From Candidatus Woesearchaeota archaeon (GTDB lineage: Archaea; Nanobdellota; Nanobdellia; Woesearchaeales; BS150m-G63), in NCBI GenBank assembly GCA_016784165.1, contig JADHVD010000005.1, forward strand, positions 3,385 to 67,384: a stretch of DNA of 64,000 nucleotides, given 5' to 3'. The notes beneath the pieces were generated by a model. That model was not told the DNA's origin. It saw only the letters and a list, made by a program, of their open reading frames with translations, and did no database searches. Each line of letters starts with the position of its first letter. Positions within the stretch are counted from its first letter, which is position 1. Below are positions 40,447 to 49,658 of the stretch, in pieces. Both the position numbers and the translations under genes were made by a program.

Positions 40447-40566
40447 ATGCAAAAGGAAAAAGTAAAAGTTGTAGAAATTAAAGCAATAAAAGACTACCTT
40501 AAACTAAACACTAAAAAATTAAGTTTTGTTGAATTTCTGAAAAAATGGAAATCCAAGAAGAAATAG
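40447..40566 (+). CDS. Possible small ORF (39 aa, basic)
   Basis: ATG is preceded by a GGGGGGG/GGTAA SD-like sequence and a TATA box at about 40386. Below the ORF-track size threshold. Confidence 0.25.
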   Translation: MQKEKVKVVEIKAIKDYLKLNTKKLSFVEFLKKWKSKKK

Positions 40567-40691
40567 AAAAAGATCTATTAGAAAAACCAAATGAAAGTGA
40601 TGACTTTTATGGTCACATTGAAGAGAATCTTAATGATGACGAAATAAGTCCAGAAGAAGCTGGTTTCATGATGGGTTTTAATGAGGAATAG
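40545..40691 (+). CDS. Possible small acidic protein (48 aa), paralogous to the N-terminal half of the TRASH protein
   Basis: Ends NLNDDEISPEEAGFMMGFNEE, compare VEEDEISPWEAAFMEGADNDG in 6552-6851. Overlaps the preceding small ORF in the -1 frame. Confidence 0.4.
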   Translation: MEIQEEIEKDLLEKPNESDDFYGHIEENLNDDEISPEEAGFMMGFNEE

Positions 40692-40695
40692 AAAT

Positions 40696-41169
40696 TTAAG
40701 AAATCAAAGATAAATTTTCTTTGGTTATCCCTTTAGAAGTATCCACCAATAATATCTTATGTCCATTTTCTTTTGCCTCTTCGAAACAAACATTAAATAT
40801 TTCTGCTTCAATATTATCTTTTATTTTTTGCAAAGAATATTTTCTTTTTTTTAATCTTTTTTTCAACACATCAATTTCACATTTAGTAACAACACAAAGA
40901 TCTATATACTTTTTAGGAAGATAATGGCTCATATGGGAATCAATAATTAATTCTTCTTTAGAAAATTTAATTAATTCGATCAAAAATTTATTTAATTTTT
41001 CCACATCAACAATATTGCACTCCATCTCTTTATCATAACTTTCAGCAAGTTTATTTCTCTTAACAACATCATTTACATCAATATATTTAAAACCCAAAAA
41101 CTTCGAAAGTTTTTTAGCCAAAGTAGTTTTCCCAGAACCTACAGAACCAGTAACAATTATAGTTTTCAT
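40696..41169 (-). CDS. Fap7/adenylate kinase 6-like NTPase
   Basis: IIVTGSVGSGKTT Walker A, IIDSHMSH, LKKRLKKRKYSLQKIKDNIEAEIF. Confidence 0.75.
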   Translation of the reverse strand: MKTIIVTGSVGSGKTTLAKKLSKFLGFKYIDVNDVVKRNKLAESYDKEMECNIVDVEKLNKFLIELIKFSKEELIIDSHMSHYLPKKYIDLCVVTKCEIDVLKKRLKKRKYSLQKIKDNIEAEIFNVCFEEAKENGHKILLVDTSKGITKENLSLIS

Positions 41170-41181
41170 TATTTTGTATTA

Positions 41182-41448
41182 TTAAACAGCTTTCTTAACT
41201 ATATAATGTGTCAATGTTAAAATTATCAAGCCTACAACAATTCCTGAAAAATTAGAAAAGGCAGGGTAATCAGGGAACCAATACTGATTCATTATATTAT
41301 AAACTCCCCTCCAAACTAGAATAATTCCTATAAACACAGTCAAAGAAGCAAACATCTGATTTATGTGTCCCAACTCTCTAAACTTACTAAAGAAATACTC
41401 TTCTTGTTTTTTTAAACCCCTTTTGAGTTTTCCAAATCCAAAAACCAT
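41182..41448 (-). CDS. Small hypothetical membrane protein
   Basis: Two TM helices; no motif. Confidence 0.4.
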   Translation of the reverse strand: MVFGFGKLKRGLKKQEEYFFSKFRELGHINQMFASLTVFIGIILVWRGVYNIMNQYWFPDYPAFSNFSGIVVGLIILTLTHYIVKKAV

Positions 41449-41536
41449 AATATATAAAGAACTATTTAGATATATAAAAGTTATGTTTTAACACACCAAA
41501 TCGCTATATTTTTATACTAGACTAATTTCAATAACT

Positions 41537-42055
41537 TTGATGCGTAAGTCATTAAGGTTGCCTAAGCCAAGAAAAATGGCCGGCAATGCTTCACTAATAA
41601 AAAGAGGTATTGCATTTATCATAGATTTATTAATCCTAAATCTGATAGTCATCTATCCATTCAAAAAATACCTTTCTAATTTAATTCCAGAGTTTATCTC
41701 ATTTGAAGAATCCTATAATTATGTACTAAATAATCCAGAGATAAGTTACAGCATCTATTCAATAAGCATTGCAATAGCAATACTCACAATAGCATATTTC
41801 TCAATTCTTGAATTAAAATTAGGGCAAACAATAGGTAAAAAAATACTAAAACTAAAAGTGATTTCAACAACAAAAGAACAAAAAGTTTGGCAATACATAA
41901 TAAGAAGTTTATTCCTTATCCCCCTCTTCCCTTTCATGTTATTATGGCTATTAGATCCAATATATTTATTTTTCAATAAACAAGGCCAAAGATTCACAGA
42001 ATCCTTAAGCAAAACAAAAGTTATCCAAGAATTTACTTGGGGGTATACTCAATGA
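41537..42055 (+). CDS. RDD-family membrane protein
   Basis: The KRGIAFIIDLLILNLIV N-terminal pattern and topology are typical of the RDD domain. Confidence 0.6.
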   Translation: MMRKSLRLPKPRKMAGNASLIKRGIAFIIDLLILNLIVIYPFKKYLSNLIPEFISFEESYNYVLNNPEISYSIYSISIAIAILTIAYFSILELKLGQTIGKKILKLKVISTTKEQKVWQYIIRSLFLIPLFPFMLLWLLDPIYLFFNKQGQRFTESLSKTKVIQEFTWGYTQ

Positions 42056-42978
42056 AAGAAAAAACACAAAAAAATAAAGATCAAAGTTGGAAATTCATAT
42101 TCAAAACATTAATTATGTTATTTATATTAAGTTGGATTCTTGCAGGAATTCTTCCTGCTTTATTTTATGAATCATCAGAAATTGGAAACATTGCAGTAAT
42201 TCCAATAAAAGGTGTAATAACATCAGAATCTGGCTCAACATTAGGACAAAGCAATGTAGCTGCAACAGAACTAATAAAACTAATAAAAAAAGCAGATGAG
42301 TCGCCAGGAATACAAGCTATTTTATTTGATATAAATTCACCAGGCGGTTCAGCAGTAGCCTCAAGTAACATAGCAGAAGCCATAAAAAAAGTAAATAAAA
42401 CCACTATTTCAGTAATCACAGAAGTTGGAGCCTCCGGAGCTTATTGGGCTGCAACAGCAACAGATAAAATATTCGCTAACAAGATGTCAATAACTGGTTC
42501 AATTGGAGTAATTGGTTCTTACTTAGAGTTCGCAAACTTTCTTCAAAATTATAACATCACTTATCAAAGACTTACTGCAGGAAAATACAAAGACTTAGGA
42601 AGTCCATTAAAAGAATTAGAATATGATGAGAAATTAATACTTCAATCAATAATGGATAAAATTCACAATTACTTTATAGAAGATGTAGCACTAAATAGAA
42701 ACCTATCAAAAGAAAAAGTAGAAGAACTAGCAAATGGATTATTTTATCTGGGAGAAGATGCAAAGGAATATGGTTTAATTGATTTCATAGGATCAAAAGA
42801 AGATGCAGTAACTTACATTGAAAAAGAATTAAACATAACAGCAAAACTAGCAGAATATAAAAAAGAAAAAACATTCATAGAAATATTAAGTCAAGCAATA
42901 AGTGAAAAATTCTTTTATGTTGGAAAGGGTATAAGTGAAGGTTTCTTAAGTAAAGAAAAACTACAAATTCTAACTTAA
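42037..42978 (+). CDS. sppA: Signal peptide peptidase SppA (S49 family, 36K type)
   Basis: NSPGGSAVAS, GASGAYWAA and TGSIGV motifs. The likely start is ATG 42052, overlapping the upstream stop (ATGA). Confidence 0.85.
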   Translation: MGVYSMKEKTQKNKDQSWKFIFKTLIMLFILSWILAGILPALFYESSEIGNIAVIPIKGVITSESGSTLGQSNVAATELIKLIKKADESPGIQAILFDINSPGGSAVASSNIAEAIKKVNKTTISVITEVGASGAYWAATATDKIFANKMSITGSIGVIGSYLEFANFLQNYNITYQRLTAGKYKDLGSPLKELEYDEKLILQSIMDKIHNYFIEDVALNRNLSKEKVEELANGLFYLGEDAKEYGLIDFIGSKEDAVTYIEKELNITAKLAEYKKEKTFIEILSQAISEKFFYVGKGISEGFLSKEKLQILT

Positions 42979-43710
42979 ATCTTCAATATTGATTAATGGT
43001 TTCCTAAATTTATCTGCATCATCAATTATTCTAGGACAAGCAGTATTCACAAACATCTCAACAAAAGGAAAATCTTCTAAACTTCCAAAATCAATTGTGT
43101 CAAACATCAAAAAATAAAAATTCTTATCAGGATATTTATTCCTAAGCCCCAAAGCAGATTTAAGAAACTGTTGTCCTGGTTTAACACTCACTAAAACCCC
43201 TATTTCTTTGCTAGTCAAAAATTTAAGTCTAGCACCTTTAATCCTCTTTTTAACCCAATCAACCATTTCATCTTCTAATTCTTTATATTTTTTAGAAAAA
43301 GGATTATACACAAAAACCTGTTTTTCGTTTTTCAATTTAAGCGCAATAGGATGAAATCCGCCATCCCCAATATAAAGAAAACAATCAACGCCATCCACTT
43401 TATCAACACTACACCCTAATATTTGACCACAATATTTAGCATGCCTTCCTTTTACAACCACTACTTTTTTTCCAGCATCCATCAACTGTTTTTTCACATC
43501 ATCAAGACTATTCAAAAATTGTACAGTACTAAATAAAGCAACCCTCTGAGGTAATTTACTAATCAATTCTTCAGGAATTTTATTTTGCCCTTTAACTCTT
43601 GCTTCAATAAATATCTTTTTCATACAAACAGATAATTTTTTCATATTTATATTACTTGTGATTAGAGTTTCCAAGTTATTCAACTGTTCAACTAAACAAT
43701 TACGTAACAT
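42970..43710 (-). CDS. dph2: Diphthamide synthesis radical SAM enzyme Dph2-like (short form)
   Basis: LFSTVQF, GQILGCS, YIGDGGFHPIAL and NTACPRI align with domains 2-3 of archaeal Dph2. Confidence 0.65.
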   Translation of the reverse strand: MLRNCLVEQLNNLETLITSNINMKKLSVCMKKIFIEARVKGQNKIPEELISKLPQRVALFSTVQFLNSLDDVKKQLMDAGKKVVVVKGRHAKYCGQILGCSVDKVDGVDCFLYIGDGGFHPIALKLKNEKQVFVYNPFSKKYKELEDEMVDWVKKRIKGARLKFLTSKEIGVLVSVKPGQQFLKSALGLRNKYPDKNFYFLMFDTIDFGSLEDFPFVEMFVNTACPRIIDDADKFRKPLINIEDLS

Positions 43711-43739
43711 TTAAATACTATTACCACTTCCCAAAATTT

Positions 43740-44015
43740 ATGCCAAGCAGAGATGAGGTGCTCTCAAAAGCGATTTCTTCTAGTTCTAGACGTACTATTC
43801 TTAGACTCTTGTGTAAACACCCCCACACTGTTACAAATATAGCAAAAGCCATGGAAATTTCTACGTCGCTTGCTTCAAAACATCTCACTCTCTTGGATTA
43901 TTTTGGCATAATAACCTCAGAAGTGAAATTCCCAAAAAAATATTATTCTATCAAACTCAAAAGCATAAAAACACTCCTTAATGTTTATGATGGAATTTTG
44001 GAGGAAATGAAATGA
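43740..44015 (+). CDS. ArsR-family HTH regulator
   Basis: SSSRRTILRLLCKHPHTVTNIAKAMEISTSLASKHLTLL. Confidence 0.75.
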   Translation: MPSRDEVLSKAISSSSRRTILRLLCKHPHTVTNIAKAMEISTSLASKHLTLLDYFGIITSEVKFPKKYYSIKLKSIKTLLNVYDGILEEMK

Positions 44016-44425
44016 AAGATCAAATAACCCAATTTCAAATCGCATTAATTGAATTAAATAGGCATATTTCCTACAAAAAAACAGATCAAGCAATCTCATC
44101 TTATAACAAATTAAACGAGATGTATCAAAATATCCTTAACTCAGATTCAACAGAAGAAGAAAAACATTATGTTTATTATATTTTAACAAGCGCCCACAAC
44201 AATTTAACAACAACTAAAACTAATTTTCACCTAAAGATTCCAGAAATAGTAATATCTTCTTTTTTTATATTCTCTGCAATTATACTTCATCTTTTAAACC
44301 CCACAATCACTGGAATGCTTATCGCAAAACAACAACCAGTAATGGCAAGCGGAGTATTATTCATACCCTTAGTATTAATTATAATTCCCATAGCAATTAT
44401 AATCAGAAATATTATCAAAAAATGA
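44012..44425 (+). CDS. Hypothetical membrane-anchored protein
   Basis: 4-nt overlaps with both neighbours; two C-terminal TM helices. Confidence 0.4.
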   Translation: MKDQITQFQIALIELNRHISYKKTDQAISSYNKLNEMYQNILNSDSTEEEKHYVYYILTSAHNNLTTTKTNFHLKIPEIVISSFFIFSAIILHLLNPTITGMLIAKQQPVMASGVLFIPLVLIIIPIAIIIRNIIKK

Positions 44426-47049
44426 AGTACTATCAAAAAACAAAAAAAGAGGTGCTCAATCTACTTGACAGCTCAGAAAAAGGTCTAAGCCAAATAGAAG
44501 TAGAACAAAGAATAAGGGAAAATGGATTGAATGAGTTAAAAGAAACAAAAAAAATAAATCCCCTTAAGATTTTCTTAGCTCAATTTGAGAGTTTCATAGT
44601 ATATATTCTGATAATTGCAGTAATTGTTTCTATTTTTATAGGTTATCATGAATATAGCACAAATGGAGGAAATTTACTTCTTCATATGGCTGAAGCAATC
44701 GCCATATTTTCAATATTAATAATCAACGCAATAATTGGATTTATACAAGAATACAGAGCAGAAAAATCTATAGATGCACTTAAAAAATTAGCAACTCCAA
44801 AAGCCAAAGTAATACGAAATCAAAAAACAATAGAAATTGATTCCAAATTTCTTGTGCCGGGAGATATAATAATAATCCAGGAAGGTGATAAAATACCTGC
44901 AGACGCAAGAATCATTTATTCAAAAAATCTAGAAATACAAGAATCTTCCCTTACAGGAGAATCAAATTCAACAAGTAAATCTTCTTCAACAATCAATAAA
45001 GATATCCCGCTAGCAGATCAAAAAAATATGTTATTTTCAAGTACGATTGCAGTCAGGGGTTATGCAAAAGCTATTGTTGTAAAAACAGGCATGGAAACGC
45101 AAATTGGGAAAATAGCAGAACTAATCCAAGAAACAAAAGAAGAATTAACCCCTTTGCAACTAAAATTAAAAAAATTAGGCAAACTTCTTGGAATAGCCAC
45201 CATAATAATTTGTGTAGTTGTATTTCTAACAGGAATCTTAAAAGGTGGAACTAGTTACGAAAACATCAGCACCATTTTTTTAATAGCAATAAGTTTAGCA
45301 GTCGCAGCGATTCCAGAAGGACTTCCAGCAGTTGTTACAATTTCTTTAGCATTGGGAGTAAAAAGAATGCTTAAAAAAAATGTATTAATGAGAAGTCTAC
45401 CCAGTGTAGAAACATTAGGAGCAACAACAGTAATCTGTTCAGATAAAACAGGTACATTAACAAGAAATGAGATGACTGTAAGAAAAGTATATGTAGATAA
45501 AACAGAAATAAATGTAAAAGGAGAGGGTTATTCTAAAATAGGGGAATTTCTTAAAAAAACAATTAATCTCCCATTACTTCTAAAAATAGGTGCATTATGT
45601 AATGATTCTGCAATCCAAAAAAACAAAGCAATTGGAGATCCAACAGAATCTGCATTAATAATCAGTGCTTCAAAATTAGGTTTAGAAAAAGAATTTCTTG
45701 AAAAAACATCTCCAAGAATAGATGAAATTCCTTTTAGTTCTGAAAGAAAATTAATGAGTACAATTCATCAAACAAAAAAAGGAAAATATATCTACACTAA
45801 AGGCGCTCCTGATGTGCTACTCAATATCTGTTCTCACATAAAGATAAAAAATAAAATAAAAAAATTAACTGAAAAAGATAAACAAGAAATTTTAGAAAAA
45901 AATAATCAATTCGCAAATAATGCATTGAGAGTATTAGGTTTTGCTTACAAAAAAACAGATAACCTAAAAGAAAAAAATCTTATTTTTATAGGATTACAAG
46001 CAATGCAAGATCCTCCAAGACAAGGGGTAAAACAAGATATTGCAAAATGTAAAAAAGCAGGAATCAAAGTAATAATGATAACTGGTGATCATCAACTTAC
46101 AGCAGAAGCAATAGCAAGAGAAATTGGCCTTACAGGGAAAAGCATAACTGGCGAAGAAATAGAAAAAAACATACACAACATAGAAGATATTTCTATTTGT
46201 GCAAGAGTTAATCCAAGCCATAAAATGAAAATAATAACTGCACTAAAAAAAGCAGGCCACATTGTAGCAATGACTGGAGATGGTGTGAATGATGCTCCTG
46301 CACTAAAAAAAGCAGATATAGGCATCTCTATGGGTATCAAAGGAACAGATGTAGCTAAAGAAGCTTCTGACCTTATACTAACAGATGACCGTTTCGGCTC
46401 AATTGTAAATGCAATAAAAGAAGGAAGGGGAATTTATATCAACATAAAGAAATTTGTAAACTACCTTCTTTCAAGCAATCTGGGAGAAATTCTTATTATT
46501 TTCATTGCAAGCTTACTAGGTTGGCCGTTACCACTTTTAGCTCTCCAAATACTTTGGATAAATCTAATAACTGACGGTCTACCAGCCTTAGCGTTAGGAA
46601 TAGACCCCATAAGTAAAGGAATAATGTCTTTAAAACCAAGAGATCCAAAAGAACATATTGTAAGTAAAAATATGTCATTAAAAATAATATTTATGGGTAT
46701 TCTTATTTGTATCGCAACATTAACATTATTCAAGCAATATCTTCCAGACTTAGAAAAAGCAAGAACAATCGCATTTACAAGTCTTGTGGTGTTTGAATTA
46801 GTAAGAGTATACATGGTAAGATCACAATATAAATTAAGTGTATTTTCAAATAAATATCTTATCGGAGCAGTAACAATTTCAATTTTACTACAAATTATTG
46901 TAGTCTACAGCCCACTAAATATAATTTTCCAAACAACCCCCTTAAGTATGTTTGAATGGCTCTACATTGCCCTTACAGCAGTAATAATGTTTATTATAGG
47001 TACAATTACAATACCTCTAATCAAAAAAATAACTCATCAAACAGATTAA
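44422..47049 (+). CDS. P-type ATPase, P2 (Ca2+/cation-transporting, SERCA/PMCA-like)
   Basis: CSDKTGTLT, IPEGLPAV (M4), MITGDH and GDGVNDAPALKKADIG. Confidence 0.95.
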   Translation: MKYYQKTKKEVLNLLDSSEKGLSQIEVEQRIRENGLNELKETKKINPLKIFLAQFESFIVYILIIAVIVSIFIGYHEYSTNGGNLLLHMAEAIAIFSILIINAIIGFIQEYRAEKSIDALKKLATPKAKVIRNQKTIEIDSKFLVPGDIIIIQEGDKIPADARIIYSKNLEIQESSLTGESNSTSKSSSTINKDIPLADQKNMLFSSTIAVRGYAKAIVVKTGMETQIGKIAELIQETKEELTPLQLKLKKLGKLLGIATIIICVVVFLTGILKGGTSYENISTIFLIAISLAVAAIPEGLPAVVTISLALGVKRMLKKNVLMRSLPSVETLGATTVICSDKTGTLTRNEMTVRKVYVDKTEINVKGEGYSKIGEFLKKTINLPLLLKIGALCNDSAIQKNKAIGDPTESALIISASKLGLEKEFLEKTSPRIDEIPFSSERKLMSTIHQTKKGKYIYTKGAPDVLLNICSHIKIKNKIKKLTEKDKQEILEKNNQFANNALRVLGFAYKKTDNLKEKNLIFIGLQAMQDPPRQGVKQDIAKCKKAGIKVIMITGDHQLTAEAIAREIGLTGKSITGEEIEKNIHNIEDISICARVNPSHKMKIITALKKAGHIVAMTGDGVNDAPALKKADIGISMGIKGTDVAKEASDLILTDDRFGSIVNAIKEGRGIYINIKKFVNYLLSSNLGEILIIFIASLLGWPLPLLALQILWINLITDGLPALALGIDPISKGIMSLKPRDPKEHIVSKNMSLKIIFMGILICIATLTLFKQYLPDLEKARTIAFTSLVVFELVRVYMVRSQYKLSVFSNKYLIGAVTISILLQIIVVYSPLNIIFQTTPLSMFEWLYIALTAVIMFIIGTITIPLIKKITHQTD

Positions 47050-47070
47050 AATACCTAATAAAAAATAAAA

Positions 47071-47106
47071 GATAAGAAATAAAGGATAAGAAATAAAGGA
47101 TAAGAA
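47071..47106. repeat. 14-nt tandem repeat GATAAGAAATAAAG, about 2.6 copies
   Basis: Read directly. Lies in the promoter/5-prime region of the permease gene. Confidence 0.8.
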
Positions 47107-47119
47107 GGAAAAAGAGAAA

Positions 47120-49045
47120 ATGACAGAATTAAAAAAAGTATTAAGCTTTAAAGTGATTTTATTAATCACAATTAACTCTATAATAGGTTCAGGTCTTTTC
47201 TTTTTACCAGCAATTGGAGCAAGATACGCAGGACCAGCATCAATTTTAGCCTGGATAATAGTTGCAATTATAACTATCTATACAGCAACATGTTTTGCAG
47301 AATTAGTTTCAATGTATCCTAAAGCAGGAGGCATCTATGAGTTTAGTAAACATGCTTATGGAAGATTCTTTTCTTTTCTCGTTGGTTGGATTGCTTGGTT
47401 AGTTGGAAACATAACAACAGCAATGCTCATTGTAGGTGCAATTCAATATCTATTACCTTATAATGCACCCATATTTGTAATAAGTAAAATAATCATTTCA
47501 TTATTATGGGTTGTAATTTTTAATGTGATGGCTTATCGCGGAATGAAAACTTCTGCATTCATGTTAGTCACTTTTGCAATAATCACTATTGGAATTATTT
47601 TTATGTTAATGATCCCAACAATACCTCATTTAAATTTTTCAAACTTAAGTCCTTTTTTCATACATAATTCACTTTTCAAAAATCTTTCTGCTATATTTAT
47701 AGCTGTATTTTTTACATCTCAAGCATTCTTTGGATTAGAAAGTGTATGTTTTTTAGCAGAAGAAACAAAAAAACCAGAAAAAGTACTTCCAAGAGCATTA
47801 TTAATAGGTGTAACAATAATAGCTGGATTAATTATCTTACTTGTTGTAACGAGTTTAAGTACCTTACATTGGAAAGCATTTAGCTTAAGTGCAGCACCTT
47901 TTGCAGATTTAGCACAATTATTAATGGGTAATTGGGGAAGAGATATACTAACAATAGGAACTTATCTTGTAATAATTGGAGCAGCAGCTGGGTGGGTTGT
48001 AACAGGGCCAAGATTAATTCTTGCATTAACAAGAGATAAATTATTTCTACCCCAATTTAAAGATATTCACAAAAAATATCACACACCACATAAAGCAATA
48101 ATATTCCAATCAATTGCAACAAGCATGTTTATTTTAATGAGTTTTTCTGGAAAAGGGTATGAAACACTTTTAGAAATGTTGATCCCTTTGGTTCTAATAA
48201 TAATGAGTGCAGCAATTTTTGCTGTTCCAGTATTAAGAAATAAAAAACCAAACAAAAAAAGACCTTTCAAAGCACCTTTTGGTTATGTTGGCCCAATCAT
48301 TATTCTTTTATTTAATATATTTCTGGTATTCTTATGGCTTACACATGAAGCTGGAGCTTTTTATTTATTAAAAGTAGGATTTTCTTTCATCCTTGTAGGA
48401 ATTCCAATTTATTTATTAATATCATTATATTATGATCCAAAAATGTTGAGAAAAGTAGATGACATGTTTGCATATTTTTATCTCTTAACTGAAAATATTT
48501 CAATCCCTTTAAAAGTAAGAAAAGAGATAATTAGGCTTATAGGAAATATTAAAGGAAAAACAGTTCTTGAATTTGGGTGTTCTGTTGGAACAATGACTAT
48601 GCATTTAGCAGAAGAAGTTGGACCAAAAGGAAAAATTTATGCAGTAGATATTTCATTACATGATTTAAATATAACTAAAAAAAGAATAAAACAAAAAGGC
48701 CATAAACATATTAAATTGCTACACGATCCACTACATAGCACAAGAGTACATCCCAAAGTGCCTGTAATTGATATCATAGTATCAGTAGGGATGTTGGGTT
48801 ATGTCCAACACCCAACAAAAGTGTTAAAAGAAATGAATCAAAGATTAAAGATTGGTGACAAAATTTGTTTTGTAGATTATGATAACTTTTTTGGATTGAT
48901 TCCAAATAAAAGATGGTTAACAAGCAATGAACACATTCAAACTCATTTTAAAGAGGCAGGGTTTAAAATCAAAATAGTAAGAAAACAATCTTTATTTTGG
49001 CAGTATCTTTATATTTATGGAAAAAAGAAAGAAGAGGTAAACTAA
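47120..49045 (+). CDS. APC-family amino acid permease fused to a C-terminal class I SAM-dependent methyltransferase
   Basis: About 12 TM helices with an APC-like N-terminus, then VLEFGCSVGTMTMHLAEEVGPKGKIYAVDIS (motif I) and FVDYD. Confidence 0.85.
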   Translation: MTELKKVLSFKVILLITINSIIGSGLFFLPAIGARYAGPASILAWIIVAIITIYTATCFAELVSMYPKAGGIYEFSKHAYGRFFSFLVGWIAWLVGNITTAMLIVGAIQYLLPYNAPIFVISKIIISLLWVVIFNVMAYRGMKTSAFMLVTFAIITIGIIFMLMIPTIPHLNFSNLSPFFIHNSLFKNLSAIFIAVFFTSQAFFGLESVCFLAEETKKPEKVLPRALLIGVTIIAGLIILLVVTSLSTLHWKAFSLSAAPFADLAQLLMGNWGRDILTIGTYLVIIGAAAGWVVTGPRLILALTRDKLFLPQFKDIHKKYHTPHKAIIFQSIATSMFILMSFSGKGYETLLEMLIPLVLIIMSAAIFAVPVLRNKKPNKKRPFKAPFGYVGPIIILLFNIFLVFLWLTHEAGAFYLLKVGFSFILVGIPIYLLISLYYDPKMLRKVDDMFAYFYLLTENISIPLKVRKEIIRLIGNIKGKTVLEFGCSVGTMTMHLAEEVGPKGKIYAVDISLHDLNITKKRIKQKGHKHIKLLHDPLHSTRVHPKVPVIDIIVSVGMLGYVQHPTKVLKEMNQRLKIGDKICFVDYDNFFGLIPNKRWLTSNEHIQTHFKEAGFKIKIVRKQSLFWQYLYIYGKKKEEVN

Positions 49046-49647
49046 TGAAACAAATGAACAAAAGAGCCCAAGCAGCCATGGAATTCTTAATGACTTATGG
49101 ATGGGCAATCCTAGTTGTTTTAATAGCAATTGGAGCATTAGCTTACTTTGGAGTATTAAACCCTAACAAGTTTTTACCACAAAGCTGTACCCTAAGCCCC
49201 GGATTAAGTTGTATAGACTTCGCAGTTTATTCTGACGGAGTTGTGATAAAGATAGCTAACGGTATGGGGTCAGATCTTAATAGTTTAGAAGTAGGTGTTG
49301 AAAATTGTATGACTGCCTCTATGGGGATAAATTATATTGGTAATCTTCCTAATGGGAAAGGAGATACTTACATGATGTTTTGCCAATTAACAGCAGGATC
49401 CAGATTTAAAGAAGATATTTTTATAAATTACATAAAAGATGACGGATCATTAGTCCATGAAAAAGTGGGAACAATAATTGCAAAGGTTGAAAATATGCCA
49501 AAAGCAGCAGAATATGTTTGTAAAAATGCACACGACGCAGATAATGCTAACTCACTAGATGTATTTTGTGGAGCATTAAACAATACATACAATGGAAACC
49601 CGGATTTTTTAACAGAATTCTGTGAGCCATTTAATTATTGCACATGA
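49045..49647 (+). CDS. Type IV pilin-like protein, paralog 4, with a Cys-containing C-terminal extension
   Basis: MKQMNKRAQAAMEFLMTYGWAILVVLIAIGALAYFGVLNPNKFLPQSCTLSPGLSC. The track ORF starts upstream at 48997, but the GAGGT SD and the paralog alignment favour ATG 49045 (TAATG overlap). Confidence 0.8.
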   Translation: MKQMNKRAQAAMEFLMTYGWAILVVLIAIGALAYFGVLNPNKFLPQSCTLSPGLSCIDFAVYSDGVVIKIANGMGSDLNSLEVGVENCMTASMGINYIGNLPNGKGDTYMMFCQLTAGSRFKEDIFINYIKDDGSLVHEKVGTIIAKVENMPKAAEYVCKNAHDADNANSLDVFCGALNNTYNGNPDFLTEFCEPFNYCT

Positions 49648-49658
49648 GGTATTAAAAA

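Noticed and set aside
40545-40566. Programmed -1 frameshift joining the two small ORFs at the A6 run.
   Set aside because: There is no canonical X XXY YYZ heptamer in the zero frame and no downstream structure was identified. The second ORF has its own ATG, so coupling or reinitiation is simpler.
47071-47106. Considered whether the short tandem repeats could be a CRISPR array.
   Set aside because: The units are only 14 nt and directly abutting, with no spacers and no cas genes. This is a simple tandem repeat.
48997-49044. Upstream extension of the pilin-4 ORF (MAVSLYLWKKERRGKL...).
   Set aside because: The extension lies inside the 3-prime end of the permease-methyltransferase gene. The GAGGT SD and the alignment with paralog 5 place the true start at ATG 49045.
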